64,000 bases of DNA from a virus (IMGVR_UViG_3300021431_004524:96001-160000); one strand, 5' to 3'; counted from the stretch's first letter, positions 21,917 to 32,431 are shown. The notes: a model not told the origin generated them from the sequence alone. Made by a program: numbers and translations.

Positions 21917-22645
21917 TTGAGTTTTAAACAGGAGGAACCGGAGATTGAAATGGAACAGATGGAGCATATTGGCTTTTTGGAGCGTATGATTAAACTTATG
22001 GACAAATATGGGCTTTGGAAAATAATCCAAGCAACTTTAGTATTGTCCTGTTTTTTGTATATAATGTATAATGTACAAAATTTACCGGAGATTGTATCTG
22101 GTGCATTTAACAGACAAACGGAAATAACACAAGAGGAACATGATGCGGCAGTTGAAGTCAGACGTTCTATAAAACCTGATATTGATATGTTATTAAAAGA
22201 TGCATTGTCTAGTATGAATGCCGATAGAGCATTTATTATTGAAATGCATAACGGTACTAACAATGTGGCCGGTCTGCCATTTATATATGGCGAAATGACC
22301 TATGAGGAAGTAAGGTCTAATATTTCACATGTTGATGAAGATTATACTTCTATAAACCTTTCAAGGTTTTCCTTCCCAATGTTTATCGAGAAAAATCATA
22401 TATGGTATGGAACTGTTGATGAACTCAAAAGGATTGACCCAAAAATTTCTGGGCGACTTGCATCTAATGATGTAACATACTTGGCAATAATAAATCTTTA
22501 TGGTGTCGCTAATAGCCTTGGATATTTCGGTTTCACCTATTGTAACGGAAAAGTTGTCCCGAATAGTAAGGAAATTGAAAGCCATCTTATGTCAACAGCC
22601 CAAAAATTATCGATTCTTCTTGATTCAAAAAGAAGAGTACGTTAA
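21917..22645 (+). CDS. putative holin-like membrane protein (one TM + GAF-like domain)
   Basis: hydrophobic segment LWKIIQATLVLSCFLYIMY, then ADRAFIIEMHNG; architecture like T4 holin T. Confidence 0.45.
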   Translation: MSFKQEEPEIEMEQMEHIGFLERMIKLMDKYGLWKIIQATLVLSCFLYIMYNVQNLPEIVSGAFNRQTEITQEEHDAAVEVRRSIKPDIDMLLKDALSSMNADRAFIIEMHNGTNNVAGLPFIYGEMTYEEVRSNISHVDEDYTSINLSRFSFPMFIEKNHIWYGTVDELKRIDPKISGRLASNDVTYLAIINLYGVANSLGYFGFTYCNGKVVPNSKEIESHLMSTAQKLSILLDSKRRVR

Positions 22646-22662
22646 AAAAGGAGGATATAGAT

Positions 22663-22929
22663 ATGGGATTTAAGGAAATTTACAATAGGTTTAATGAGGT
22701 GCTACAGTGGACGTTGATAACTCTTACACTGATTCTGTGCGTTGTTATATTAGTTAGAAATGGCAATGCAATTGACGAAAGTGAGAACTTACGACGTGAG
22801 AACTCTTACATTAAAATATACAGTAGTCAACGAGCGGCAGAATTATCTAAAAAGAATAAAGAATTGAATGATTCAATCTTGATTCTTAACGAAAAATTAG
22901 AAAAATACATAAAGAAAAAAAAGAAATAA
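22663..22929 (+). CDS. membrane-anchored coiled-coil protein (spanin-like)
   Basis: N-terminal TM, C-terminal coiled coil. Confidence 0.4.
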   Translation: MGFKEIYNRFNEVLQWTLITLTLILCVVILVRNGNAIDESENLRRENSYIKIYSSQRAAELSKKNKELNDSILILNEKLEKYIKKKKK

Positions 22930-22932
22930 TAT

Positions 22933-23433
22933 ATGGGAAACAACTGTAACAAAACTTTATTAATATTGCTTGCAATTCTTATTGCTTCTGTGATACTTAA
23001 CGTTGTACAGTATTATGACTTGCATAATATGGAAACTAAGACCACAATCGTTGAGAAACACGATACTATAACAGTATGTGACACACTTTATATAGAAAGT
23101 CCAAAGCCGGCAGAAGTCATAAAGACAAAGGAATATATTAAAGTACCGGTTGAAGTCATTAAAAATGATACCGTGTTCGTTGAATTGGAAAAAACCGAAA
23201 AAACATACAAGGATGATTCAACGTATGAATGTAAAATTTCCGGTGTCGAGCCGAATCTTGATTACATAAAAGTATTCCCTAAGACTACTATAATAACAAA
23301 TGAAAAAGTGATAACCAATACAATAACAAAGAAACCACATTTCAATTGGGGTATTCAAACAGGCCTTGGATACGGCGTGATAAACAAGAAACTTGATGTG
23401 TTTGTTGGACTGGGAGCACAATATAATTTTTAG
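22933..23433 (+). CDS. putative spanin-like protein of Bacteroidota phages
   Basis: N-terminal TM, DT repeats, C-terminal beta-hairpin ending GLGAQYNF. Confidence 0.45.
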   Translation: MGNNCNKTLLILLAILIASVILNVVQYYDLHNMETKTTIVEKHDTITVCDTLYIESPKPAEVIKTKEYIKVPVEVIKNDTVFVELEKTEKTYKDDSTYECKISGVEPNLDYIKVFPKTTIITNEKVITNTITKKPHFNWGIQTGLGYGVINKKLDVFVGLGAQYNF

Positions 23434-23470
23434 TCACAAAGGTTAACATTATTTTTTTATTATTATTTTT

Positions 23471-23499
23471 CGGCCAATCCTTGAGTTTGGCCGTTTTTT
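23471..23499 (+). terminator. intrinsic terminator
   Basis: CGGCCAA-loop-TTGGCCG followed by T6. Confidence 0.75.
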
Positions 23500-23533
23500 A
23501 TTATATATTAATAGTATATACATTAATCGATTT

Positions 23534-23716
23534 ATGTTTTTGACAAAAGTTTTAGTGTTCATATTAATTATGTGTATCCTTAATCTATGCCGAGAGGCTT
23601 TTAGATTTGGTTACTGTTTTGCCGCCAATGAAAAATATGAAAGCAGTATTGTAAGAACATTGTTTTCATGGGCATCCATTTCCTATATATTAACAATAAT
23701 TTTTTGTGGGTTATAA
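23534..23716 (+). CDS. small two-TM membrane protein
   Basis: two hydrophobic stretches in 60 aa. Confidence 0.5.
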   Translation: MFLTKVLVFILIMCILNLCREAFRFGYCFAANEKYESSIVRTLFSWASISYILTIIFCGL

Positions 23717-23719
23717 ACT

Positions 23720-24229
23720 ATGGATTTACAGGAGAAATTAATTGAACTATCGGGATACGGTGTCACTTTCAATGTGGCAAATAATAATTTCGTTATAAAA
23801 ATAAAATATGACGAAAATTGGTCTATTATACAGCCAGAGGGTAATGATATAGCATTTTATCGTGACGAGGCAAATAATTCCGTATATTATTATGTTGCAC
23901 CGATAACGGTTAGCATTGATAAGTTATTCTCTGCAATAGATGAAACCATCGAGTATAATCAGGAACTTGAATTGAAGGTGAAACTGTTCAGAGAAAAAAT
24001 GACAGAATTGCAAGAATTGTTTACAAAAGAAAGTCTTGAAGTTCTTAAAACACTTGAATTTAAAGTAAAAAAGAAAAGAGATAAAATCAAAAAAAGTAAA
24101 CAAACTGAAATAGAGGAAGAAGTATCTGAAGAGAATGAATCAGTAAAAGATATTGAAAAAGAAGATACGGTAGAAGAGGAAAAAGAATCTGAAATAGATA
24201 AGAAAATAAGTGAATTGATAAAGAAATAA
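23720..24229 (+). CDS. hypothetical protein
   Basis: 169 aa ORF. Confidence 0.6.
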   Translation: MDLQEKLIELSGYGVTFNVANNNFVIKIKYDENWSIIQPEGNDIAFYRDEANNSVYYYVAPITVSIDKLFSAIDETIEYNQELELKVKLFREKMTELQELFTKESLEVLKTLEFKVKKKRDKIKKSKQTEIEEEVSEENESVKDIEKEDTVEEEKESEIDKKISELIKK

Positions 24230-24230
24230 G

Positions 24231-24620
24231 ATGTTGCTATTAATTACATTCATAAGTTATATTTTTTTATTATATGGACTTTCCAACCTTGTGGTATTCG
24301 CCAATGGGCCGTTTCATGTATTTGAAAAATGGCGTAATTTCTCACATAACATAGACGAACAGTTTGGTGAATTGTTTACATGTATGATGTGTTTTTCAAC
24401 ATGGGTAGGACTTGCTTTAAGTCTTATTAATAACTTGATATTCCCAACCGTATCATTTACGGCATTTAATATCATTTTAGGCTCAGTAGCACCTTGGTGG
24501 TTTATTGCGATATTGGATATGGGGTTTGCAAGTGCCGTGGTTTGGCTGTTGCATCAACTTGAAGAAATGATGGAAAGAAGTAATCCGATTTATGATGAAA
24601 CGATAGAGGAAACCGAGTAG
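24231..24620 (+). CDS. DUF1360-like membrane protein
   Basis: GELFTCMMCFSTWVG (G-x-L-x2-C-x2-C-x-S-x-W) with three TM segments. Confidence 0.6.
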   Translation: MLLLITFISYIFLLYGLSNLVVFANGPFHVFEKWRNFSHNIDEQFGELFTCMMCFSTWVGLALSLINNLIFPTVSFTAFNIILGSVAPWWFIAILDMGFASAVVWLLHQLEEMMERSNPIYDETIEETE

Positions 24621-24622
24621 AT

Positions 24623-24877
24623 ATGGATAGTGAGATTTTAAGAGAATTGGAAATTAACCGTAATGACAAGGTTGCCGTTGAGACACAAGTTGAGAACTAT
24701 AAGAAATCATTTGCCAATGAATTGGTTAATGGTGGACTTGGAACGGAAATGTGTATGGGGTTGAAATTAAATCAGGCTTCAGTTAAATTGAGGAAACCCT
24801 TAAAACTTAGATTTAAGGAAAAAATGGATAATTTAAAGAATAAATTCAAAATTGTTTTCGGTGTATATGGTGATTGA
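24623..24877 (+). CDS. hypothetical protein
   Basis: 84 aa ORF. Confidence 0.5.
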   Translation: MDSEILRELEINRNDKVAVETQVENYKKSFANELVNGGLGTEMCMGLKLNQASVKLRKPLKLRFKEKMDNLKNKFKIVFGVYGD

Positions 24878-25136
24878 TGACTTATTTGAAATTGCCAATG
24901 GGTTTGACAATACGTTATTGATGCTTCAAGAAAAGTATCAAAGTGATTTGAAGAGAAAATTTACAATAGGCATACAACTGCCTATAAAGGAACTGAGGGT
25001 TCTTGACCATGACCTTTATGTCACGCAGAATGGAAGTTCAGATGGTTTTACGCCAAGTGATGAAATCAGAGCCAAGATATTAGGACTTGATTTCGTTATT
25101 GTCTCAGAAGAAGAAAAGGAAACTGAACAATCATAA
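24867..25136 (+). CDS. hypothetical protein
   Basis: ORF, ATG 24867 preferred. Confidence 0.5.
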   Translation: MVIDDLFEIANGFDNTLLMLQEKYQSDLKRKFTIGIQLPIKELRVLDHDLYVTQNGSSDGFTPSDEIRAKILGLDFVIVSEEEKETEQS

Positions 25137-26042
25137 GGCATGTATGCGTTTGCAAGCCTCTCTTGTCCAACCGGTTTTCTTTTCCAATTCATTTAAAAAC
25201 CATGTTGACATATGCTTATTAAGTTTGTCCGTAAAAAGGATGAACTTATTTTTCTTTAGTTTAATGACTTGTTTTTCCAATATATCATATAGCCTTTCCG
25301 CTTCTTTGTCTGTCTTACATGTCACAAAGTCGAAGTCCGTATCATATTGGATTACAACCTTATTATTATATATGAAGACACGTTTGGTGTTTTCCCGACA
25401 TACATCTTTTAATACCATTTCATTAAGTATGAAATGTGCATCCTTTCTCTGTTTTTTAGGATGATAACCGTATACACTGAAGTTTTCCTCTACCTTCCAA
25501 TCATGCTTTGCAATTATTTTGTAGTCACTGTCAGTTATTACGTTTTCTATGAATTTTCCATCTTCATTTCTGAATTTACTGATTTTATCCTCATCTTCAA
25601 TATCGCCGACTTTTTCAACAATCATTATTTCATATTTCATGTCGATGGTTGAACTACCGTTCTTTGGTCTGCCATTAGTTGTTTCATATATTTCAACCGG
25701 ACATAATACACTATTTTGATTTTCTTCTATAGCATCGTTATACATGTCATAAGCATCGTTTTTCCACCAAGTAGTTCCAATCCTTTTGACACGTTTATGA
25801 TTCTTCATTATCACAACCATGTAATATGCATATTTATCATGTTGTTTCTTCTTCTCTTCAAGGATAACAGCACGTCTTTTTTTATATGCACGCTTATTTT
25901 GCTTACTTCTCAGTTTTTTCTTATGTTCAATTTTCTTTAATCTTTCCTTCTCAGCCTTCTTTTCGGCTTTAATACGTTCTTTTTCTAATTTTTTCTGTTT
26001 TTCTTCTTCACGTTTTTTAAGTAACTTTTCTAATTGTGTCAT
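25131..26042 (-). CDS. hypothetical protein with basic N-terminal helix
   Basis: 303 aa ORF. Confidence 0.6.
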   Translation of the reverse strand: MTQLEKLLKKREEEKQKKLEKERIKAEKKAEKERLKKIEHKKKLRSKQNKRAYKKRRAVILEEKKKQHDKYAYYMVVIMKNHKRVKRIGTTWWKNDAYDMYNDAIEENQNSVLCPVEIYETTNGRPKNGSSTIDMKYEIMIVEKVGDIEDEDKISKFRNEDGKFIENVITDSDYKIIAKHDWKVEENFSVYGYHPKKQRKDAHFILNEMVLKDVCRENTKRVFIYNNKVVIQYDTDFDFVTCKTDKEAERLYDILEKQVIKLKKNKFILFTDKLNKHMSTWFLNELEKKTGWTREACKRIHAL

Positions 26043-26157
26043 AATGAGTTAAAATCAAATAATAACATAAATATATGCTGAAAATGTTTTGCAGTAAAGT
26101 AAAAAAGTAGTATATTTGCAACTGACATATAAAAATATTAATTAAAAAGGTATAAAA

Positions 26158-26649
26158 ATGAAAACATTTGATTTAACAGAAGAGAATCAGGAGTTGTTTA
26201 ATGACTTGTTTGAGGAAACCGGTTATCACAATTACATGCAGTTGAGACTTATTGGAGTCGCTAAATCAAAAGATGTGATTACAGTGAACAGACCAAATGC
26301 GGTTGCAAAACATGTCGGACATCTACCAGATGATGTAGTAACTATTCTTGTGTATGAGGATGCATTTGACCGTCTTGATGATAAAAATAAGAGACTGCTT
26401 ATCAAAGATGCATTTAACCTTATATCTTATGATAGTGAAAAGGATAAGATTACAATTGGCACACCAATGATTACTGTGACTGTAAATGGCAGACAGATGT
26501 GGGGTGATGAACTTATTAATGCAGCAGAGATTGGTGTTATGGCTATCCAACAGATAGAGGAAGAAAAACGTGAGGCACGTGAAGAGGAAAAGGCACGTAA
26601 GGCGGCTGAAAAGGCTGCTAAGAAACGGTATAAAAACAAGAATGCATAG
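26158..26649 (+). CDS. hypothetical protein
   Basis: 163 aa ORF after host-type promoter. Confidence 0.6.
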   Translation: MKTFDLTEENQELFNDLFEETGYHNYMQLRLIGVAKSKDVITVNRPNAVAKHVGHLPDDVVTILVYEDAFDRLDDKNKRLLIKDAFNLISYDSEKDKITIGTPMITVTVNGRQMWGDELINAAEIGVMAIQQIEEEKREAREEEKARKAAEKAAKKRYKNKNA

Positions 26650-27400
26650 TAATTATTCATTGTATTGTGGTGATTGTATAGAGGTAATGCGTCAGCTTAT
26701 TGCAATGCATGTAAAGGCTGATGCAATTATCTGTGATATTCCCTATGGTATTCATAATAATAAGTTTGATACGGTTATACCATTTGATGATATGTGGGAT
26801 TGTATCGACAAACTTGTTAAACCAAAGGGCAATATCATCTTATTTGGTAGTGGTTTGTTTGCTTGCAAATTGGCTTTAAGCAATGAGAAGAAATTCAGAT
26901 ATGAATTAATTTGGAAAAAGTCAAAATGCGGCTCACCACTCACTGCCAAGTATATGCCATTAAAAAAACATGAGAATATTCTTGTATTCGGTGAAAGCGC
27001 AGCGTATTATGAGCCACAAATGACAACCGGGACACCATATAAAAGGAAATATACGCCAAATAAGGTAAATAACCTTGGTTATGGTATTGCAGGTGTACAG
27101 ACTGACAATAAAGGCACAAGACACCCATCAACAGTGCTTGATTTTCCACAAAAATGGAGAAGACAAGACCAACTTCATCCAACACAGAAACCTGTTGAAT
27201 TAATGGAATTCCTTGTTAAGTCCTATTGTCCTAAAAGCGGACTTGTAATAGATTTTTGTGCCGGTAGTGGAAGTACCGGTGTCGCATGTATAAACACTGA
27301 TAGAGATTTCATCGGGATAGAAATTGATAAGAATTATTATAAGACAATGAGTGAAAGAATAAGTAAGGCTGTAATTAATAAAGAACAAAGTAATGGATAA
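26642..27400 (+). CDS. beta-class N6A/N4C DNA methyltransferase
   Basis: CDIPYG motif IV, HPTQKP, DFCAGSGSTG; ATG 26642 overlaps upstream stop. Confidence 0.88.
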   Translation: MHSNYSLYCGDCIEVMRQLIAMHVKADAIICDIPYGIHNNKFDTVIPFDDMWDCIDKLVKPKGNIILFGSGLFACKLALSNEKKFRYELIWKKSKCGSPLTAKYMPLKKHENILVFGESAAYYEPQMTTGTPYKRKYTPNKVNNLGYGIAGVQTDNKGTRHPSTVLDFPQKWRRQDQLHPTQKPVELMEFLVKSYCPKSGLVIDFCAGSGSTGVACINTDRDFIGIEIDKNYYKTMSERISKAVINKEQSNG

Positions 27401-28070
27401 TGTAAAAGATTTAAGGCTTTTTGCCACAGATAAAGGTGTAAATGGTAATACATTTGACGAGTATCAGAAGTATAATTTTGGAAATACATATATAAATCCA
27501 AGTGTTGTTGAAGAACGCCAACTTAATGTTACAAGTATCGATGTTTTCAGCCGACTGCTTATGGATAGGATTATATTCCTTGGTACTGAGATTAACGAAG
27601 ATGTTGCAAATATCATTTCTGCTCAACTTCTTTGGCTTGAACAACAAGGAAACGGTGATATTACACTACAGATTTCAAGTCCCGGTGGAGGCATTTATGC
27701 CGGATATCAGATACTTGATACGATGTCATTCATTAAACCAGACATTTCAACTATATCTATGGGTATGGTTGCTTCAATGGCAACAGTAATTGCAAGCAGT
27801 GGTACAAAAGGAAAGAGATTTATCCTACCTCATGCAAGATTCCTTGTACATCAGCCTTTACAGCACGGCGGTGGAACAAAACAATGTAGTGATGTCCAGA
27901 TACAGGCAAAAGAGATACAGATATTAAAGGAAGAATTACAGCATATATTGGCTGAAAATAGCGGTCAACAATATGATGTGATTGAAAAAATGTGTGACCG
28001 TGATACAATCCTTACAGCAAAGGAGACAATTGATTATGGCTTTGTTGATTCAATAGTAAATAGGAAGTGA
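27393..28070 (+). CDS. clpP: ATP-dependent Clp protease proteolytic subunit
   Basis: DVFSRLLMDRIIFLG, SSPGG, ASMA (Ser), HQP (His), DRD (Asp). Confidence 0.95.
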   Translation: MDNVKDLRLFATDKGVNGNTFDEYQKYNFGNTYINPSVVEERQLNVTSIDVFSRLLMDRIIFLGTEINEDVANIISAQLLWLEQQGNGDITLQISSPGGGIYAGYQILDTMSFIKPDISTISMGMVASMATVIASSGTKGKRFILPHARFLVHQPLQHGGGTKQCSDVQIQAKEIQILKEELQHILAENSGQQYDVIEKMCDRDTILTAKETIDYGFVDSIVNRK

Positions 28071-28876
28071 TGTTAGACATAAACAAGGTATATAATGGTG
28101 ATTCAGATTTGATATTGAAAAATATTGACTCTGAATCAATTGATTTAGTAGTTACATCACCACCTTATGATAATCTAAGGAAATATAATGGTGTTGGTGA
28201 CACGTGGAATCATGATAAATTCAAAGAAATTGCCAATGAATTGTGCCGAACACTGAAGAAAGGCGGTGTAATTGTATGGAATGTCAACGATAAGACAGAA
28301 AATGGCTCTAAAACGGGTACATCTTTCAGACAAGCATTGTATTTCATGGATTTAGGTCTTAATTTGAACGACACAATGTTGTGGAAAAAAAGCAATTGTA
28401 TGCCGCAAGTCAAACAGCCGAGATATACACAGTGTTTTGAATATATGTTCATATTTTCTAAAGGTAAACCAAAGACTTTTAACCCAATTATGAGACCGTG
28501 TAAATCAGCCGGGTTGCATTATCAATCAACAGCAAAAATAATGGGTGGGGAAAGTGGAAGAAAAAGTCTTGATTATCATGTAAATTCAGAAATGGTAGAT
28601 TATAACGTATGGGAAATGGCAGTTGCACAGAATCGGGAAACATATCCTGTAAATGGCAAGGAAATAAAACATCCTGCTGTCTTTCCTTATGAATTGCCAT
28701 ACAGACATATACAAAGTTGGTCAAATGAAGGTGACATTGTGTTAGACCCTTTTGCTGGTAGCGGAACTACATTACTTGCAGCAAGAGATTTGAACAGGAA
28801 TTACATTGGTGTTGAAATGAATAGTGATTATTGTGAGATAATAAAACAAAGACTAAATAAGGATGGATGCAGATAA
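28067..28876 (+). CDS. beta-class N4C DNA methyltransferase
   Basis: TSPPY, HPAVFP, DPFAGSGTT. Confidence 0.9.
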   Translation: MMLDINKVYNGDSDLILKNIDSESIDLVVTSPPYDNLRKYNGVGDTWNHDKFKEIANELCRTLKKGGVIVWNVNDKTENGSKTGTSFRQALYFMDLGLNLNDTMLWKKSNCMPQVKQPRYTQCFEYMFIFSKGKPKTFNPIMRPCKSAGLHYQSTAKIMGGESGRKSLDYHVNSEMVDYNVWEMAVAQNRETYPVNGKEIKHPAVFPYELPYRHIQSWSNEGDIVLDPFAGSGTTLLAARDLNRNYIGVEMNSDYCEIIKQRLNKDGCR

Positions 28877-29073
28877 GATTATAAATGATTTATACCAAGG
28901 TGCTTTGGATAACAGACCGACATTTACGGATGAAATGATTGAACATATGAAACAAGAAGTTGCCAAGATGAAAGATGAAGCAAGAAAATGGCACGAAATT
29001 CATAAAAAAAATTAAAATGATTGTCGTTTTTTACTTAAGCACACTAATTATTAGTGTACTTATTTAATTAAAA

Positions 29074-29742
29074 ATGATGAATACTTCGACAAACGATAAA
29101 ATATTAAATAAATATTACTTTGTACAAGATGAAGTAATTTATAATATAAGTAATTCACAAGATTCAGATTACTGTGGGATATCACCTGGTTATGATGATA
29201 ATGGAGTAAAAAGTGATGATGTTCTTAAGGGTATTTTTCCATACATCAAGCTTACTTATACAACATTTAAAACAGAGACAGATTCAGACGGTAATATAAC
29301 ACGAACAGACGAAACTACTGGTAATCAGAAATATTTATGGTTGCAAAATTTTATTTATGAAGGCGATAAATATGACGGAAGTAAATTTATCTGTACGGAA
29401 AAATTACATAAAGATGGGTGTAAGACTTTCATACAAAGATATGTTAAAAGTTTAGAGAATCAAATCAGAGATAGAATAAAAGCGGGGTATACGGTTTCAA
29501 GTCTGCGTAATTTATATCCCATCTATCTTTATGAGAAAGAATATGAAACAAGAATAGATGGAAAATATGTTAAAGTTACAGATGTATCTGATTTTGCTAC
29601 CCTTAGTATTCTTTCTGATGATAATATAGGTAGTTTGTATGAAAGATTAGCGAAAGAAGAAGCCGAAATTGCTGCAAATAAGATACTTAATAAAAATAAT
29701 CAGCAAGTTGATACTTTAGATTTAACTGTTAAACCTATTTAA
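29074..29742 (+). CDS. hypothetical protein
   Basis: 222 aa ORF. Confidence 0.55.
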   Translation: MMNTSTNDKILNKYYFVQDEVIYNISNSQDSDYCGISPGYDDNGVKSDDVLKGIFPYIKLTYTTFKTETDSDGNITRTDETTGNQKYLWLQNFIYEGDKYDGSKFICTEKLHKDGCKTFIQRYVKSLENQIRDRIKAGYTVSSLRNLYPIYLYEKEYETRIDGKYVKVTDVSDFATLSILSDDNIGSLYERLAKEEAEIAANKILNKNNQQVDTLDLTVKPI

Positions 29743-29748
29743 AATTAA

Positions 29749-29776
29749 AAGAGTCTCAATTTACCTTGAGACTCTT
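29749..29776. terminator. hairpin between convergent genes, probable bidirectional terminator
   Basis: AAGAGTCTCAA-tttacc-TTGAGACTCTT. Confidence 0.6.
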
Positions 29777-29895
29777 CTTATAAATCTTCGAGTGGTATTC
29801 GGTGTTCCATTTGTCACAACAGTATGTGAAGGTGTCTTTATAATCTTTTTAGCCGGCTGTGTAGCCAAGTTCTTTTTTCCGCAATTACATCTCAT
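29761..29895 (-). CDS. 44 aa basic protein starting MRCNCGKK (below ORF-track cutoff)
   Basis: manual translation; starts 20 nt after the stop of 29916-30329 on the same strand. Confidence 0.5.
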   Translation of the reverse strand: MRCNCGKKNLATQPAKKIIKTPSHTVVTNGTPNTTRRFIRRVSR

Positions 29896-29915
29896 TTTTG
29901 TATTTATTGTTTAAG

Positions 29916-30329
29916 TTAATTATTTTGCTTATAGTTTGATACTTTATCAAAAGAACAAAGGAATATGTTCTTCTGCATTGCGCCTTTGTAATCATCAATT
30001 GTTGATACAAGTCCTGATAATTTGTCAATTTTACTAAATTCAGTCTTTAGAATATCAACTATTTCTGTTGCTCTCTCACAAAGTTCACCGAGGTCATCGG
30101 TTTCATTAATTTCAAGTTCGTTCAACTTAGTAAGTTGTGAATATGACGGCTTTCCGTAATATCCAAATGACTGTTCAGCCAATTCATCAGCGAAATCGAC
30201 AATAGTATTTCTGACTTTATCGCATAATTCATGGGCATGATTGCTGTCAGTCGAATAGTGTATCATTTTCGTTGCATCAGCATATAGATACAGTTTAAAA
30301 ATTATGTCACTTATCTGTGAAATCTCCAT
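29916..30329 (-). CDS. ferritin/Dps-like four-helix protein
   Basis: KMIHY...HAHELCD...DELAEQ metal-ligand spacing. Confidence 0.55.
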   Translation of the reverse strand: MEISQISDIIFKLYLYADATKMIHYSTDSNHAHELCDKVRNTIVDFADELAEQSFGYYGKPSYSQLTKLNELEINETDDLGELCERATEIVDILKTEFSKIDKLSGLVSTIDDYKGAMQKNIFLCSFDKVSNYKQNN

Positions 30330-30442
30330 TTTGCTATTAATTTTCCTATAAATATACTTTAAAAATTAAACTTTAACAATATTTAAGATACTTTTATACA
30401 ATTTTTGGCAATAAATTAGTATATTTGCCAAAAATTTAGATT

Positions 30443-30646
30443 ATGAGTATAGTTTATCTGATAATTGCCATTATTATAATATTAAATGGCACACGTGTTA
30501 GAAACAAATATGTGAATTACTATTTTAATTTTGATACAAGCAGCCCATGTAAAGCGTTTGCACATTTTTTGGGGACATTTTTATATGCCTTAACTGAGGG
30601 TGTTTGTTGGTGGTATATAATAAAAACAATAATTGAAAAAATATAA
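30443..30646 (+). CDS. small membrane protein
   Basis: 67 aa, two hydrophobic segments. Confidence 0.45.
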   Translation: MSIVYLIIAIIIILNGTRVRNKYVNYYFNFDTSSPCKAFAHFLGTFLYALTEGVCWWYIIKTIIEKI

Positions 30647-31476
30647 TGTTTCAACCTGTAATTAAGTGGAGTGGCAGTAAAAGAAGCCAAGCAAGTGAGA
30701 TTATTAAATATTTTCCAAAGGAAATTGATACCTATTATGAACCTTTTTGCGGAGGCGCATCTGTGTTAAGAGCGTTATTAGAAAGTGAAATAAAGGTTAA
30801 TAAATATGTGTGTTCAGATTTAAATAATGGCTTAATAGAACTATGGAATAAAATAAAATATAACCCTAATGAAGTTGCCGACCACTATGAGAAGTTGTGG
30901 TATGAAATGAATGGTGATGTCAGCAAGGATAAAGCATATAAAAGGTCTTATTTTGAAAAAATAAGGGAAAGATACAATATAGAGCATAATCCATTGGATT
31001 TTATGTTTATAATGAGGACTACGACAAATGGAATGCCAAGATATAATTCCAATGGTGATTTTAATAATTCGTTTCATATTACAAGAGACGGAATTATTCC
31101 AGATAAATTAAGACAGATAATTAAAGAATGGAGTGATTTATTGTTCACTAATGATGTGTCATTTATAAACTGTTCTTATGAATATATAACCCCGTCAGAT
31201 AATGATTTTATGTATATCGACCCACCATATGCCGGCACAAAGGGTATGTATTTTGGTGGATTTGATAATAACAAATTATTTGAATGGTTGAAGATTGTAA
31301 AATGTAAATGGGCGATGTCATATGATGGTATAAGCGGTAAAATAGACAATACATATAACGTACCGGAAGATTTATATGATGAACATATATACATTAAGAG
31401 TGGAAACAGTTCATTTAAAAGAGTGATAGGTAAATCGAGAGATTCAATAGTTTTTGAAAGTTTATATATAAAATGA
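30646..31476 (+). CDS. Dam-family DNA adenine methyltransferase
   Basis: KWSGSK, EPFCGGAS, IDPPY. Confidence 0.9.
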   Translation: MFQPVIKWSGSKRSQASEIIKYFPKEIDTYYEPFCGGASVLRALLESEIKVNKYVCSDLNNGLIELWNKIKYNPNEVADHYEKLWYEMNGDVSKDKAYKRSYFEKIRERYNIEHNPLDFMFIMRTTTNGMPRYNSNGDFNNSFHITRDGIIPDKLRQIIKEWSDLLFTNDVSFINCSYEYITPSDNDFMYIDPPYAGTKGMYFGGFDNNKLFEWLKIVKCKWAMSYDGISGKIDNTYNVPEDLYDEHIYIKSGNSSFKRVIGKSRDSIVFESLYIK

Positions 31477-31790
31477 CAAAAGAAGTTGAAGAATTTATAC
31501 TTCTGAATGATAAAGAAGATAAATTATTTTTAAATAATACAGAAAAGGTAATGTTTATTATCCTATCCGACCAAATCTGTATGTTATTTGAAGAGTATAA
31601 TAAAGAAAGGTATTTTGATAAGTTAAAACTAATTAAAGACTTCTATGATAAAATATTTGTCTTTACTGTAAGACCGTTGATGGAAAACAATGAAAAACTG
31701 ATGAAAGAACTTGAGTTACAGATGAAATACGGCACAAGAATCACATTATTGCCGGAAGAAATTGACAAAATAAGGAAAAAGGCTCTATGA
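31473..31790 (+). CDS. hypothetical protein
   Basis: 105 aa ORF overlapping upstream stop. Confidence 0.5.
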   Translation: MTKEVEEFILLNDKEDKLFLNNTEKVMFIILSDQICMLFEEYNKERYFDKLKLIKDFYDKIFVFTVRPLMENNEKLMKELELQMKYGTRITLLPEEIDKIRKKAL

Positions 31791-31870
31791 GTTGTTTCCC
31801 TACTATAAGGAACACTATAATAAGTTAAATAATAAAAATGGTTTAAAGTTAAAAAAAAAGTTTGGTAATT

Positions 31871-32158
31871 ATGTTAAGAGCTTGGGCAGTAAAGGACAAT
31901 AAAGGGCGGGAAGTCATTTGCCAATGTCATTGTAAGCCGTTTGACTATCTTGAAACGGTTTTGGATAATGAAAGACATGGTTTTGTACCTAAAGGACTAT
32001 ATTCATCCAAGGATATGGTCGAATATCAAGGCGGTTGGTGCAATATATACTCATCCGGTCATTATTCAGTACCGAAGTTAGATGGGGTTGTTGTCCCTGA
32101 CGGTACTTTTAAGAAATTAGGGATTGACTATCAAGGTGAACCTGTTGAAATTGTATAA
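31871..32158 (+). CDS. hypothetical protein
   Basis: ORF, ATG 31871. Confidence 0.5.
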   Translation: MLRAWAVKDNKGREVICQCHCKPFDYLETVLDNERHGFVPKGLYSSKDMVEYQGGWCNIYSSGHYSVPKLDGVVVPDGTFKKLGIDYQGEPVEIV

Positions 32159-32161
32159 ACT

Positions 32162-32431
32162 ATGACAAAGGATTATTATAAAGAGGTTGAACGTACAAGA
32201 ATATTCTTTGATAATTATAAAGGATTTGTTAGAAAAATAGAACATTACCCGGTCTACTTCTATATTGGTGATTGTGGTATATGGTTTAGGTTTCAATATA
32301 ATTTAGGTTATTATTATGCGGGTAATTTAGTTTTAAAAGATATTGAAAATAGACTTATAAACGATTTTCCTTATATTAAAAGTGTTCAGTTTTATGATGA
32401 AATTGGCTACAATGCAGGAATAATAGTATAA
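32162..32431 (+). CDS. hypothetical protein
   Basis: 89 aa ORF. Confidence 0.5.
   Translation: MTKDYYKEVERTRIFFDNYKGFVRKIEHYPVYFYIGDCGIWFRFQYNLGYYYAGNLVLKDIENRLINDFPYIKSVQFYDEIGYNAGIIV

Noticed and set aside
26158-26649. Phage metallopeptidase
   Set aside because: Spacing is reminiscent but the HExxH motif is absent; left as hypothetical.
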